A stretch of DNA of 64,000 bases, taken from the NCBI GenBank assembly GCA_046262935.1, contig JBHELT010000060.1:12911-76910 (forward strand). The letters run 5' to 3'. Below, piece by piece: positions 50,125 to 59,525 of this stretch (position 1 is its first letter; each line of letters opens with the position of its first letter). Below the pieces are notes generated by a model. It had not been told where the DNA came from and did no database searches. It saw only the letters and a list, made by a program, of their open reading frames with translations. The stretch comes from Actinomycetota bacterium (GTDB lineage Bacteria > Actinomycetota > CADDZG01 > JAHWKV01). A program made the translations under genes and the position numbers.

Positions 50125-50895
50125 ATGTCGTTCGATGTTGTAGTGCTTGGCGCCTCAGGAACTTTCCCGACGAAAGATGGCGCCGCCACTGGCTTGTTGT
50201 TCAGAGGCGATTCGGCTCATGTGTGGGTCGATGCGGGGACGGGAACATTCGCCAACCTGCAACGCTACGTTGATTATTTCGACCTAGACGCGGTTGTTCT
50301 TTCCCACCTGCATCTGGACCACATCCTCGATATCTATCCGCTGTATTACGGGCTCAGATATTCGGTGCGAAGTACCTCGACGCCAACCAGGATGGATGTG
50401 TACGCGCCTGCGGGGACCGAGGCGTTTTTAGCCCGGATGCTTTACAAAGGCGATGGCGATGAACCTCAAGACTTCTGCGATTACCTGTCGTTTCAGACGA
50501 TCGGATCGGGTCAAGAACGAACCATCGCAGGGTTTTCTTTCAGGTTCGCCGCAACCAGGCACCCAACCGAGACACTGGCCATGCGCGTGGAGCGCGACGG
50601 CCGAAGCCTCACTTACACATCCGACACCGCTCCCGACGATACGTTGATCGCCTTGGCGAAGGGTTCGAATGTTTTGATCGCCGAGGCGAGTTTGCAAGTT
50701 CCCAACGAGTCGCTGACAGACGTTCATATGACAGCGGAGCAGGCAGGCAAACTAGCGGCCGACGCCCAGGTTGACAGGTTAGTTCTATCTCACGTTTCTC
50801 CGGGGCTGGACCCGAACGTGAGCGCCCTGCAGGCCTCGAAGATGTTCAAGGGCGACATCGTTGTAGCTAAAGATCACCTAACGATAACGGTGTAG
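50125..50895 (+). CDS. MBL-fold metallo-hydrolase
   Basis: LSHLHLDHI (HxHxDH). Position between murI and rph as in mycobacteria. Confidence 0.75.
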   Translation: MSFDVVVLGASGTFPTKDGAATGLLFRGDSAHVWVDAGTGTFANLQRYVDYFDLDAVVLSHLHLDHILDIYPLYYGLRYSVRSTSTPTRMDVYAPAGTEAFLARMLYKGDGDEPQDFCDYLSFQTIGSGQERTIAGFSFRFAATRHPTETLAMRVERDGRSLTYTSDTAPDDTLIALAKGSNVLIAEASLQVPNESLTDVHMTAEQAGKLAADAQVDRLVLSHVSPGLDPNVSALQASKMFKGDIVVAKDHLTITV

Positions 50896-50905
50896 GGTTC
50901 CACCC

Positions 50906-51622
50906 ATGCAAAGACATGACGGTCGACGCCCCGACGAATCGCGTCCGGTAAAAGTCACTCAGGGTTTCGTCGAGTTCGCTGAGGGCTCTGTTCTCTACGA
51001 ATGCGGCAAGACGCGCGTGCTCGTGAATGCCTCCATCGAAGACCGGATCCCGGAATTCCTACGCGGGTCCGGACGAGGATGGGTTACAGCCGAGTATTCG
51101 ATGTTGCCGCGCGCTACCGAAACTCGCACTCCCCGTGAAGTAAACAAGGGGCGACTCGGGGGCCGCACGCAAGAGATTCAGCGCCTCATCGGGCGAAGCC
51201 TGCGGGCGATCTGCGACATGTCACTGCTGGGTGAGCGAACCTTGTGGCTGGATTGTGACGTCATCCAAGCCGATGGTGGAACGAGAACGGCGTCCATCTC
51301 GGCAGCGTACATCGCGATAGCCGACGCGTGTAAGGCCCTAGTGGAGATGGGAAAGATCAAGGCGAGTCCGCTCAAAGATGAAGTGGCAGCCATCAGTGTG
51401 GGCATCGTCGATGGTGTTCCCTGCTTAGACCTTAACTACATCGAAGATTCCAAGGCCGAGGTTGACATGAACATCGTGATGACCGGTTCAGGGCGCTTCG
51501 TCGAGGTGCAGGGAACCGCCGAAGGCGAGCCATTTTCCAATGACCAATTGCAGACCCTTCTCGACCTCGGGCGCAAGGGCGTCGACGAGATCGTGGCTCG
51601 TCAAAGGAGCCTGACGACCTGA
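50906..51622 (+). CDS. rph: Ribonuclease PH
   Basis: [15 protein letters not shown]...[13 protein letters not shown]...[11 protein letters not shown] and [16 protein letters not shown]. Confidence 0.9.
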   Translation: MQRHDGRRPDESRPVKVTQGFVEFAEGSVLYECGKTRVLVNASIEDRIPEFLRGSGRGWVTAEYSMLPRATETRTPREVNKGRLGGRTQEIQRLIGRSLRAICDMSLLGERTLWLDCDVIQADGGTRTASISAAYIAIADACKALVEMGKIKASPLKDEVAAISVGIVDGVPCLDLNYIEDSKAEVDMNIVMTGSGRFVEVQGTAEGEPFSNDQLQTLLDLGRKGVDEIVARQRSLTT

Positions 51623-52266
51623 TGTTGAAGGTTGTACTCGCAACCTTCAATCCGGGCAAGATCATCGAGATCAAGCAGATCATGTCCGGCCTTGACTTGG
51701 GATTCCTTTCTGCCGCCGAGGTGGGTGTTGATCCGGTCGAGGAAACGGGGTCCACCTACCTCGAGAACGCGTCTTTGAAAGCAACCGCAATGGCTAAAGC
51801 GACCGGTCTACCTGCCATCGCCGATGACTCGGGCATCGAAGTTGACTTCCTCGACGGACGTCCTGGAGTAAGGTCGGCTCGCTTCGCATCGCCGGAGGCG
51901 ACGGATGAACAGAACAACGTGAGACTGGCCTCCTTGCTATTCGGAGTGCCGATGTCAAGACGAACTGCGCGGTATCGATGCTTGGCCGTGTACTTCGATC
52001 CGTCTTCGGGCAAGACGCTGCATGCAGAAGGTGTGTGCGAAGGGACCATCGCCAACGAGCCAGCGGGAACGCGAGGCTTTGGCTACGACCCATGGTTCAT
52101 CCCTCAGGGATTTGAAGCCACCATGGCGGAGCTCACGCCCGAACGCAAAGACGAGATCAGCCATAGAGGCAAAGCGTTCCGGGCCTTAGCGGCGCGCCTA
52201 GAGGCCGAGTTGGTGGTGCGGGCGAGAGGACTCGAACCTCCACAGGCTAAGCCCACAGGATCCTAA
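51622..52266 (+). CDS. rdgB: Non-canonical purine NTP pyrophosphatase (RdgB/Ham1 family)
   Basis: VVLATFNPGKIIEIKQI...ADDSGIEVDFLDGRPGVRSARFA...GFGYDPWFIP. Confidence 0.9.
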   Translation: MLKVVLATFNPGKIIEIKQIMSGLDLGFLSAAEVGVDPVEETGSTYLENASLKATAMAKATGLPAIADDSGIEVDFLDGRPGVRSARFASPEATDEQNNVRLASLLFGVPMSRRTARYRCLAVYFDPSSGKTLHAEGVCEGTIANEPAGTRGFGYDPWFIPQGFEATMAELTPERKDEISHRGKAFRALAARLEAELVVRARGLEPPQAKPTGS

Positions 52267-52320
52267 ATCCTGCGCGTCTACCAATTCCGCCACGCCCGCA
52301 GATGTGACATTTTGAAACGG

Positions 52321-52392
52321 TGGGCCGCGAAGGACTCGAACCTTCAACCTCAGCATTAAGAGTGCTTTGCGCTACCATTGCGCCAGCGGCCC
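52321..52392 (-). tRNA. tRNA-Lys (anticodon CTT)
   Basis: Cloverleaf by hand. Acceptor GGGCCGC/GCGGCCC. D-arm GCGC-AATGGTA-GCGC. Anticodon loop CTCTTAA. T-arm GAAGG-TTCGAGT-CCTTC. Discriminator A. Confidence 0.8.
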
Positions 52393-53130
52393 ACGACATC
52401 CTAGCGGAACCGGGTTATCCGCGAGGTAGTCGATCCAGCCCAGGACTTTGAATAGCAAGTCTGAACTGCGGCGAACTCTAACGGAGGCAGTCCCAAAGTA
52501 CAGGATCTTCTTGCGATGCCCGGATCCTTCTTTCTTGAAGTACGTCTTGTTGAATCGGGTTGGTGAGATGCCTGTGGCCTCTGACCAGTGAGCCCTCGCC
52601 CAGGTCTCATCTTGCCCGGTGTGCAGTTGAAGCGAGATCGCTAGGTCTTCAGCAGTTGCGCCTAGGTAACATCGCGACCATTCGATGAAGATCATCATGA
52701 GTGCAGGATCAGAGTTGGAAAAACGCACTTCTTTCGACTTAGCCCCCTCGCTCCAATAGGCGACCACACCCGCGACCCACCCCGAGCAACAACTCAACGC
52801 CGCTGCCTCCGCCTTTGCTTCAAGGCGGATCTCTTCCGTGCGGCGTAGATTGCTCTGTCTGCGGGTTGCACCAGATCGAATCCGTGCGGCAGCGACCGCG
52901 GTGAGGACACCTTCCGGGTGAGCGGCGACGATGTCACGGCACCATGTTGAAAGGGTCCCCTTCGAAACCGGTATGACGCTGGCGATCTGGCCGTACGACA
53001 ACCCGAGGCGTCGCAGGTCCTGGCCGAGCTCTTTGCGTTCCCAGCGCTTGAGGTCAGACCAACGTGTGGCACGGTGCTGCAAAGATGCCGGAATCTCCAT
53101 CGATCTCAATATAGAGACCGGTAGTGACAT
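52372..53130 (-). CDS. Hypothetical HTH-containing protein (sigma-70 region-4/resolvase-like HTH plus a C-terminal domain with a weak LAGLIDADG-like pattern) between two tRNA genes
   Basis: Starts 12 nt after tRNA-His (MSLPVSILRSMEIPAS...). Its last 7 codons GPLAQW* are read from the 5' end of the tRNA-Lys gene. HTH LRRLGLSYGQIASVIPVSKGTLSTWCRDI. Later WVAGVVAYWSEGAKSKEVRFSNSDPALMMIFIEWSRCYLG. Region is ~53% GC. Confidence 0.45.
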   Translation of the reverse strand: MSLPVSILRSMEIPASLQHRATRWSDLKRWERKELGQDLRRLGLSYGQIASVIPVSKGTLSTWCRDIVAAHPEGVLTAVAAARIRSGATRRQSNLRRTEEIRLEAKAEAAALSCCSGWVAGVVAYWSEGAKSKEVRFSNSDPALMMIFIEWSRCYLGATAEDLAISLQLHTGQDETWARAHWSEATGISPTRFNKTYFKKEGSGHRKKILYFGTASVRVRRSSDLLFKVLGWIDYLADNPVPLGCRGPLAQW

Positions 53131-53141
53131 CTTTCGATGAG

Positions 53142-53216
53142 GGTGACCGATGGGATTTGAACCCACGACATCCTGCACCACAAGCAGGAGCTCTGCCAGG
53201 CTGAGCTACGGCCACC
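53142..53216 (-). tRNA. tRNA-His (anticodon GTG) with an encoded G-1
   Basis: Acceptor pairs with one G-U. G-1:C73 pair. D-arm GCTC/GAGC. Anticodon loop TTGTGGT. T-arm GTGGG-TTCAAAT-CCCAT. Confidence 0.8.
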
Positions 53217-53299
53217 ACGAGACCGGTTGCCCGGCTCCCAAGCATGGTAGCACCCGCCCGAGGGCAGAGGCAGGTCGGGGTAAGCGATAGCCTGGCTTT

Positions 53300-54484
53300 A
53301 TGAAAACAACCGCAGATGTCGTAGTGGTGGGCGGCGGGATCATCGGGTGCTCGGTTGCGCGTGAACTGGCGAGGCGCAGCTTCGACGTCGTCTTGGTTGA
53401 AAGACATGAGATCGCCGCTGGAGCATCGGGACGCAATCATGGTCTCGTTTTCTATCCGCAAGACCCTCGCACCGAGTCTTTGTACCGGCAGAGTTTCAGC
53501 ATCTACCGTGAACTTGCGACTGGCGAACTCGACCTGGCGTTCGATGAACGGCCCCGCGGATTCATAGTCATGGTGTCCGATGAATCGGAATGGGCGGCCG
53601 CCGAACTCGAGGCCAAGGCGTGCGCGGTTGGGGGTGTGTCCATCCACGAGATGACGGCCGACGATGTTCGTCGTGAAGAACCGAACGTGGCCCCCTTGCT
53701 CGGCGGATGGTTCATCGACGACGGTTATCGATTGGATCCAGCAGTCCTAACCCTTGCGATGGCGCTTGATGCTCGCAGTGCCGGCGCCGACGTGAACACG
53801 CACATCGATGTCAAGAGTGTGATCACCCATCATGGGAAAGTGTCTGGAGTCGCAACCGATCAGGGGATCGTGAGCGCCCCGATGGTGGTTGATGCAGCAG
53901 GCCCTTGGGCCCCCAAGTTGGCGCGCTCGGTTGGAGTCAATCTTGCTATAAGTGGTGCACGCGGATGGCTGTTGTTGACCGAAGCGCTCGATCCCATCGC
54001 GAACCATCTTCTCGAATCTTCGGGCTGGCATCTAACCGCTGGAGACCCCGGCCCCCAGCGGACATCGCTCGCAACATATGCCGACGAAAGCTCGCGACCG
54101 GTCACTGACATCGGCTTATTGATCCAACAGAACCGCACGGGGCATGTTCTGCTCGGAGGTTCACGTATCCCTTCATTGCGCGACGATCCCGAAGGACACG
54201 ACGTGACCCTTGAGATAGCGCGAAGGGCAGTCACTGCCATCCCCATGCTGGCAGATGTCGGAGTAAGTGCGGTGTGGTCAGGTGTTCGGCCTATGAGTCG
54301 CGACGGTTTGCCCTTGATAGGCAAGGTCGGCGGCATCGAGGGGTTATTCATCGCGGGCGGACATGGCGGCCAGGGAGTGATGTTGGGGGCCGGTTCCGCT
54401 CGGCTGCTCGCTGAGATCATCACCGAAGAAACCCATTTCACCGACGCGACTGACTTCGATCCATCGCGCGCATCGTTAGCCTGA
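53300..54484 (+). CDS. FAD-dependent oxidoreductase (glycine/D-amino-acid oxidase-like)
   Basis: N-terminal dinucleotide fold ADVVVVGGGIIGCSVARELARRSFDVVLVER. DAO-family length (394 aa). Confidence 0.75.
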   Translation: MKTTADVVVVGGGIIGCSVARELARRSFDVVLVERHEIAAGASGRNHGLVFYPQDPRTESLYRQSFSIYRELATGELDLAFDERPRGFIVMVSDESEWAAAELEAKACAVGGVSIHEMTADDVRREEPNVAPLLGGWFIDDGYRLDPAVLTLAMALDARSAGADVNTHIDVKSVITHHGKVSGVATDQGIVSAPMVVDAAGPWAPKLARSVGVNLAISGARGWLLLTEALDPIANHLLESSGWHLTAGDPGPQRTSLATYADESSRPVTDIGLLIQQNRTGHVLLGGSRIPSLRDDPEGHDVTLEIARRAVTAIPMLADVGVSAVWSGVRPMSRDGLPLIGKVGGIEGLFIAGGHGGQGVMLGAGSARLLAEIITEETHFTDATDFDPSRASLA

Positions 54485-54485
54485 G

Positions 54486-54980
54486 TCAGATCCCTTCTTT
54501 CTCCTGCTCTATCAAAGGCCGTCGAAACGCGACAAGCACACCCAGAACCAGGGCATTCATCGCCAGCAACAGAGTCGACAGAACCGACTGTTGTCGGATC
54601 GCGTGAACGATGTCTGCAGGGAGCAGCGCGACCAACGCTGCTACCAACAGGTAATAGGCCCACGGTCGGTGTAGGAGCAATCCAACTCCACCGATCAGTT
54701 TGATCAGACCCAGCCCGATCAACGCAAGCCCAACGATGTGCTTATTGAGCAAGATGCCGGGCAATTGATGGTGCACGAAGTTGAATAAGAGATCGCCTGG
54801 GTCGTGGGCGAACTCGTGTTTCGAAGCGATGTCGACGAAACGAGCGAGCTCGTGGGTCGGAAATATCGTGATCAGCGCTCCGGCGACGAGTTCGGCCGTT
54901 CCGGTAATCAGCTTAAAGGCCACGACGAAGTAACGAACGACTCGAAGGCGGCGCTTCGTGTTGTTACTCATCTGCCTCAA
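54486..54980 (-). CDS. Small polytopic membrane protein (DUF2127-like)
   Basis: Four predicted TM helices. Family assignment is from memory only. Confidence 0.5.
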   Translation of the reverse strand: MRQMSNNTKRRLRVVRYFVVAFKLITGTAELVAGALITIFPTHELARFVDIASKHEFAHDPGDLLFNFVHHQLPGILLNKHIVGLALIGLGLIKLIGGVGLLLHRPWAYYLLVAALVALLPADIVHAIRQQSVLSTLLLAMNALVLGVLVAFRRPLIEQEKEGI

Positions 54981-55113
54981 GTCCCGTTTCGCTCAAGGCC
55001 GAATGATCGGTAGGCAGCCGCATGCGCGAATGATATGTCGGGCGTCCAGGCACCTAGGGGATGCGCCGTGAATCAACCGTAACGACGAAGGTTAAGTAGA
55101 TAATCCCCACAGG

Positions 55114-56687
55114 ATGAAAAGGGCCCTTGTAATATCCGTCGCAGCCTTGCTGCTCTCAGCGTGGCAGTCTTGTTGGCCCGAGGGCAGAGCTTCGCGAAGC
55201 AGATATTGATCAGCAGATACGAGGACCGGGTCGATTCTGGCTCAAACTTCATCAAGCAGTTCATCACCGATCGACAAAGCCAGGAACGAAAGATCGCTGA
55301 GGCACGTTTCGCCGGGGCCGACATCGACTCGAACAACTTCGATCTAGCGGTCGAGTCGCTGGGTTTCGAGGCAGCGGTCCTTCTGAACGACAAAGGTGAA
55401 CTACTGGCCGTTTATCCATCGAAGCCCGCGATCATCGGAACCCAGATCGCGTCGCGCTACAAACACCTTTCCAAGGCCGTTGCAGGAGAAAGCGCGATCT
55501 CCGGCGTCGTTCCTTCGGCCGCCAAAGGTGTTCCTGTTGTGGCTCTCGCAATACCGTTCGAGAGTGAAAGAGGGCGGCGAGTCTTCAGCGGTGCATTCTC
55601 CGTTGAGATCGGTCCATTGGGAGCGTTCCTTCACGACATGCTCCCGTACGGCGGCTCGCGAGTCTTCCTTGTTGACGATAAGAGCCAGATCGCTGCGTCC
55701 GATCGTGCCCCGCGCAGGAAGGTCGAATCTCTCCGGACGGCAGACGGAGCGCTGTTCGCGGCTTCAAGCAGCAAAGTTGATTCTTCCGTGAAGAGAGGTG
55801 CATACGCCGAGGGCAACTCGACGCGCAGGTACATATCCCGCTCGGTCCCCGGGACTGATTGGCATCTGATCGCAACGGTCCCCGAAAACGTACTATTCGA
55901 GACGGTGCCACGATCGCGATGGGTTCAATGGGGGGTCTACGCAGCGTTGGTGATCGCGGCAGGCCTCAGCATGTTCCTGATGAATCGATTGAGCGGGTCC
56001 CGGTCACTATTGCAGCAACAGGTCGCTGAGCAGCAGCGGCTGAACAAAGCTCTCGATGATTTCAGCTCGCGGGTGGCGCACGATCTAAGAAGCCCGATCG
56101 CCGGTGTGATCATGGGGATCCAGCTCCTCGACCGCCCAGATCTCAAACCGGACCTGCGCGTTGAGCTCGCAGCTTCCGTCGCCCGTCAAGCAAATGCTGC
56201 CAACGACCTCGTCGCGGAGTTGCTGGATCTGGCGCAGGCCAGCGGCACAGCGAGGAGGCAGCAGCTTCGCACCGCTGATGTACTGCGTGAAGTAGAAGCA
56301 GACGTACAAGGCGTCGAGATCTCAGTCGGACAGATACCTGAGTTCATCAACGCGGACCCGATCAGTTTCCGGCAGGCCATCTTGAATCTGGTGCGCGACG
56401 CCGGCAAGTACGGGTCGACCAATGGCAAGGCCGTAGTTGATATCAACGCCGAGACCGCGCCAGAGGGTGTGGTTTTCAGTTTCGCAGACCGGGGGCCGGG
56501 GCTCCCGGCAGATCAGCAGGCCAAGATCTTCGAGCCGTTCCAAAGGGGCGCGGCCACAGACTCTGGGGGCACAGGACTGGGCTTGGCGATCGTCGGGGCA
56601 ACCGCCGAGTCCCACGGCGGTCGTGCCTGGTACGAGGACCGCGATGGCGGCGGTGCAGTCTTCAAGCTCCTGCTCGCAGACGGATAA
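55114..56687 (+). CDS. Sensor histidine kinase with an extracytoplasmic sensor domain; the N-terminal TM1 is in a different frame (apparent frameshift near 55160)
   Basis: ATG 55114 gives MKRALVISVAALLLSA (signal/TM1) but stops after 31 codons. The kinase frame starts at GTG 55161 and carries TM2 (WVQWGVYAALVIAAGLSMFLM), H-box HDLRSPIAG, N/G boxes LVRDAGKYG...GTGLGLAIV. Confidence 0.7.
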
Positions 56688-56762
56688 CTAGCAGACTGTT
56701 ACCTGCTTCGCTAACCAGCAAGAGGTGACAAGTGTCCACGATGCCCCGCGACATCACATTTG

Positions 56763-56835
56763 CGCGCCCGGCAGGATTCGAACCTGCGGCCCGCTGCTTA
56801 GAAGGCAGCCGCTCTGTCCACTGAGCTACGAGCGC
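56763..56835 (-). tRNA. tRNA-Arg (anticodon TCT)
   Basis: Acceptor GCGCTCG/CGGGCGC (one G-U). D-arm GCTC-AGTGGACA-GAGC. Anticodon stem GCTGC/GCAGC with loop CTTCTAA. T-arm GCAGG-TTCGAAT-CCTGC. Confidence 0.8.
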
Positions 56836-56942
56836 TATTGGCTTGTGCGGCCAGCGTTAAGTGTAGAGGGTGTTGGGCAGTCGTCAGGGTTTACGCCAAG
56901 TTATCGGTGTAACCCCATCGACGGCGGGTATCACCAAGGAAG

Positions 56943-57749
56943 ATGACATCCGACGCTGAAAGATGGCTAGGCAGGCTGGGACGTTTCGGCCTAGCCGCGC
57001 GCGGCGTTGTCTACATCTTGATCGGCTGGCTCGCACTCAAGATCGCTAACGGCCATCCGGGTCAACAGGCCGACAGACAAGGTGCCTTGCATGCGCTTGT
57101 TTCAAAGCCATTCGGAAAGATCGTTTTGATCGCGGTAGCCGCCGGATTCATCGGTTATGCCGCGTGGCGTCTGGCTGATGCGTTCCTGGGTGCAACTCAA
57201 GACAAGAAGACGAAGTGGCCTGTCCGCTTCACCAAAGCTGTCCGAGGACTGCTTTATGTCTGGTTCGCATTCGGCGCATCCAAGATCGCCATGAGCAATC
57301 AGGGGGGCAACAGCTCGAACCAGCAGGCGCACCGATCGTCGGCGCAACTGCTGCACCTGCCCGCCGGTAAATGGATAGTGATGCTCTTGGGCATCAGTTT
57401 CATCGCGGCGGGCTTATACAACGGTGTCCGAGCGGTCACGGGGAAATTCTTCAAGGACATGAAAGAGCAACAGATGGGCGAACTGATCAAACGAATCCTC
57501 CGGGTGGTTGGTACGGGCGGCTTTCTCGCCCGGATGGTGGCGTTTGGGTTGATCGGTCTCTTCTACATTCGGTCGGGGCTTGCCCGCGACCCGAATCAAG
57601 CGATCGGGATCGACGGAGCCTTGAAGAAAGTGCTGTCCCAATCGCATGGGGGCCTTCTGCTTAGCGTCGTCGCCATCGGTCTTGCAGCGTTCGGGATATT
57701 TTCGCTGGCGCAATCGAAATATCGGTCGACCGACGTCGAAGCAGCCTGA
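56943..57749 (+). CDS. DUF1206-domain membrane protein
   Basis: Repeated RGVVYILIGWLALK / RMVAFGLIGLFYI helices characteristic of DUF1206. Confidence 0.65.
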   Translation: MTSDAERWLGRLGRFGLAARGVVYILIGWLALKIANGHPGQQADRQGALHALVSKPFGKIVLIAVAAGFIGYAAWRLADAFLGATQDKKTKWPVRFTKAVRGLLYVWFAFGASKIAMSNQGGNSSNQQAHRSSAQLLHLPAGKWIVMLLGISFIAAGLYNGVRAVTGKFFKDMKEQQMGELIKRILRVVGTGGFLARMVAFGLIGLFYIRSGLARDPNQAIGIDGALKKVLSQSHGGLLLSVVAIGLAAFGIFSLAQSKYRSTDVEAA

Positions 57750-57820
57750 TCCAACATAAGTGAAGCTCAGTGAAGATCGCTAGGGCCAGTCAAGGTCCCA
57801 GCCTAGGAAGGGAGAAGAGG

Positions 57821-57961
57821 ATGCAGAACTGCAAACATGGCGGGTGCAAATGCCAGGTCGAGGTCGAAGGCGACGACGAATACTGCAGTGACTACTGTAA
57901 AGAACATGGTGAACACACACACGAGCATGCGTGCGAGTGCGGTCACTCAGACTGTTCGTAA
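57821..57961 (+). CDS. Bacterial metallothionein (SmtA/BmtA-like), 46 aa
   Basis: MQNCKHGGCKCQVEVEGDDEYCSDYCKEHGEHTHEHACECGHSDCS with the SmtA-like spacing C.C...C......YCS..C..GH...C.C.H..C. RBS GGGAGAAGAGG upstream of the ATG. Confidence 0.6.
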   Translation: MQNCKHGGCKCQVEVEGDDEYCSDYCKEHGEHTHEHACECGHSDCS

Positions 57962-58028
57962 CCCATTGCGGGGATTGGCAAACCGGACCAGGAGTGGAAG
58001 GATTCCGCTGTCCGCCCCTAGCTGAAAG

Positions 58029-58430
58029 GTGATCGCCATGACCCACCCCAACGAAGAGTTGATCCGTAAAGGTTACGCGGCATTCTCGAACGGCGACATG
58101 GATACCGTCCGTGCAACGTTTGCCGATGACATCAAGTGGCATATAAGCGGTCGCAGCTTCCTTGCAGGCGACTACGACGGACTCGACGAGGTTTTCGGTT
58201 TCTTCGCCAAGTTCATCTCTGCATATGACAGGCCCCCCGTGTTTGAGTTGCACGATGTCCTTGCTAACGACGAGCATGCGGTCGCGCTGGTCAGCGCCGA
58301 TCTTTCGCGTAATGGAAAGAATCGCACTACGACCGCTGCGCACGTGTTTCACATCAAGGATGGAAAGTCCACAGAGTTCTGGGGTCATCCTTTCGACGCG
58401 TATGCCGACGACGAGATACTCGCCGATTAG
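58029..58430 (+). CDS. SnoaL-like / NTF2-like-fold protein
   Basis: EELIRKGYAAFSNGDMDTVRATFADDIKWHISG is a typical SnoaL-like N-terminus. Confidence 0.65.
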   Translation: MIAMTHPNEELIRKGYAAFSNGDMDTVRATFADDIKWHISGRSFLAGDYDGLDEVFGFFAKFISAYDRPPVFELHDVLANDEHAVALVSADLSRNGKNRTTTAAHVFHIKDGKSTEFWGHPFDAYADDEILAD

Positions 58431-58510
58431 GATCGACAGGACCCTGGCACTTCGGACCGCTCGGACGTCGATCCTTGGCGTTGTGTGTTTTCGCGGGGGG
58501 TCGGTGCAGA

Positions 58511-59290
58511 TCATTGGCGTGTGACCGCATCGAACAAAGCGATCCATTGCCGCAGATCGAGGTCCGAGCTGCGCGCGTCTCCCAAGTCCTCCAAAATGTT
58601 CTGCGACATCGCCCTGCGAGCCCTCGGCTTCAATGCGAGGCGCAGCGGCCTGCCATCGGCGAACGCCCCTTCCACCAGGTCAACGTAATGAAGATGACTT
58701 GCCACGGGTACAAGCGGAGTCGGCCGCTTGATGATCCGGAGCATCGCCGCATTGACCGAAGGCATGGGATCGAACGCAGTTCGCGGAATGGATCTTTCGA
58801 TGTCGAACTTCCACCAGGGCCCCCAAACAAGGTTCAACATGTTGCCCCGCCGACGGACTCGTTTCATAGCGGCTCCGCTCTGCACGATCAAGTCAGCGCG
58901 CACAAGGGACGCGCTTGGATCCGACAACAGACGGCGCAACAGACGAGTCGTGATCCCGAAAGGGATGTTGCCGAACACGCGGAACTCCTCGGCGATCATA
59001 GGGAAAGCGAGCGCGTCTGCAGCGACGGTCATGACGCGCTCATCGCTAGCGAAGCGCTCTATGAGCAGGCCCGCGAGGCGCGCGTCGTTCTCGATGGCGA
59101 TGACGCGACGAGCATGAGCCATCAGTTCGGAAGTGATCTTGCCCCGGCCCGCGCCGATCTCGACGACTAGATCCGAGCTTTGGATCCCGGCTGAAGTGAC
59201 TAGTTCTGCGGCGAGACTTCGACTCTTGAGGAAATGTTGCCCTCTATGAGGCGCGCTCTGCGGGCGCGACCGTGGGCCTTGCAGAGCCAC
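58511..59290 (-). CDS. Erm-family 23S rRNA (adenine-N6)-methyltransferase (mycobacterial Erm(37)-41-like), a candidate macrolide-resistance methylase
   Basis: GQHFL (GQNFL motif). SAM-binding VVEIGAGRGKITSEL. FRVFGNIPFGITTRLLRRLL resembles Erm(37) FRVVANPPYGISSRLLRTLL. 259 aa. Confidence 0.65.
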   Translation of the reverse strand: MALQGPRSRPQSAPHRGQHFLKSRSLAAELVTSAGIQSSDLVVEIGAGRGKITSELMAHARRVIAIENDARLAGLLIERFASDERVMTVAADALAFPMIAEEFRVFGNIPFGITTRLLRRLLSDPSASLVRADLIVQSGAAMKRVRRRGNMLNLVWGPWWKFDIERSIPRTAFDPMPSVNAAMLRIIKRPTPLVPVASHLHYVDLVEGAFADGRPLRLALKPRARRAMSQNILEDLGDARSSDLDLRQWIALFDAVTRQ

Positions 59291-59525
59291 GGAAACGTAC
59301 CGCCATGATGATGCCCAATCTGACTCCTTACGATGACACTAAGCGAGAGGACGCTTCTCGAACCACGCCACCTACGACCATCGGGCCCGGGAGGCCGTGC
59401 CATACGATGATACGCGGCTGGTTGGATTGTTGCAGGACGGGCTGGTATTGACGGAAGGCAAGAAGGAATCCGGGATCGGGCGGCGAACTCTTAAAGGAGA
59501 AAACCTCGGATAGAAGGGAGCTGCT

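Noticed and set aside
56725-56946. ORF 56725..56946 (+) overlapping tRNA-Arg
   Set aside because: It covers a tRNA gene on the opposite strand and has no coding features. Spurious.
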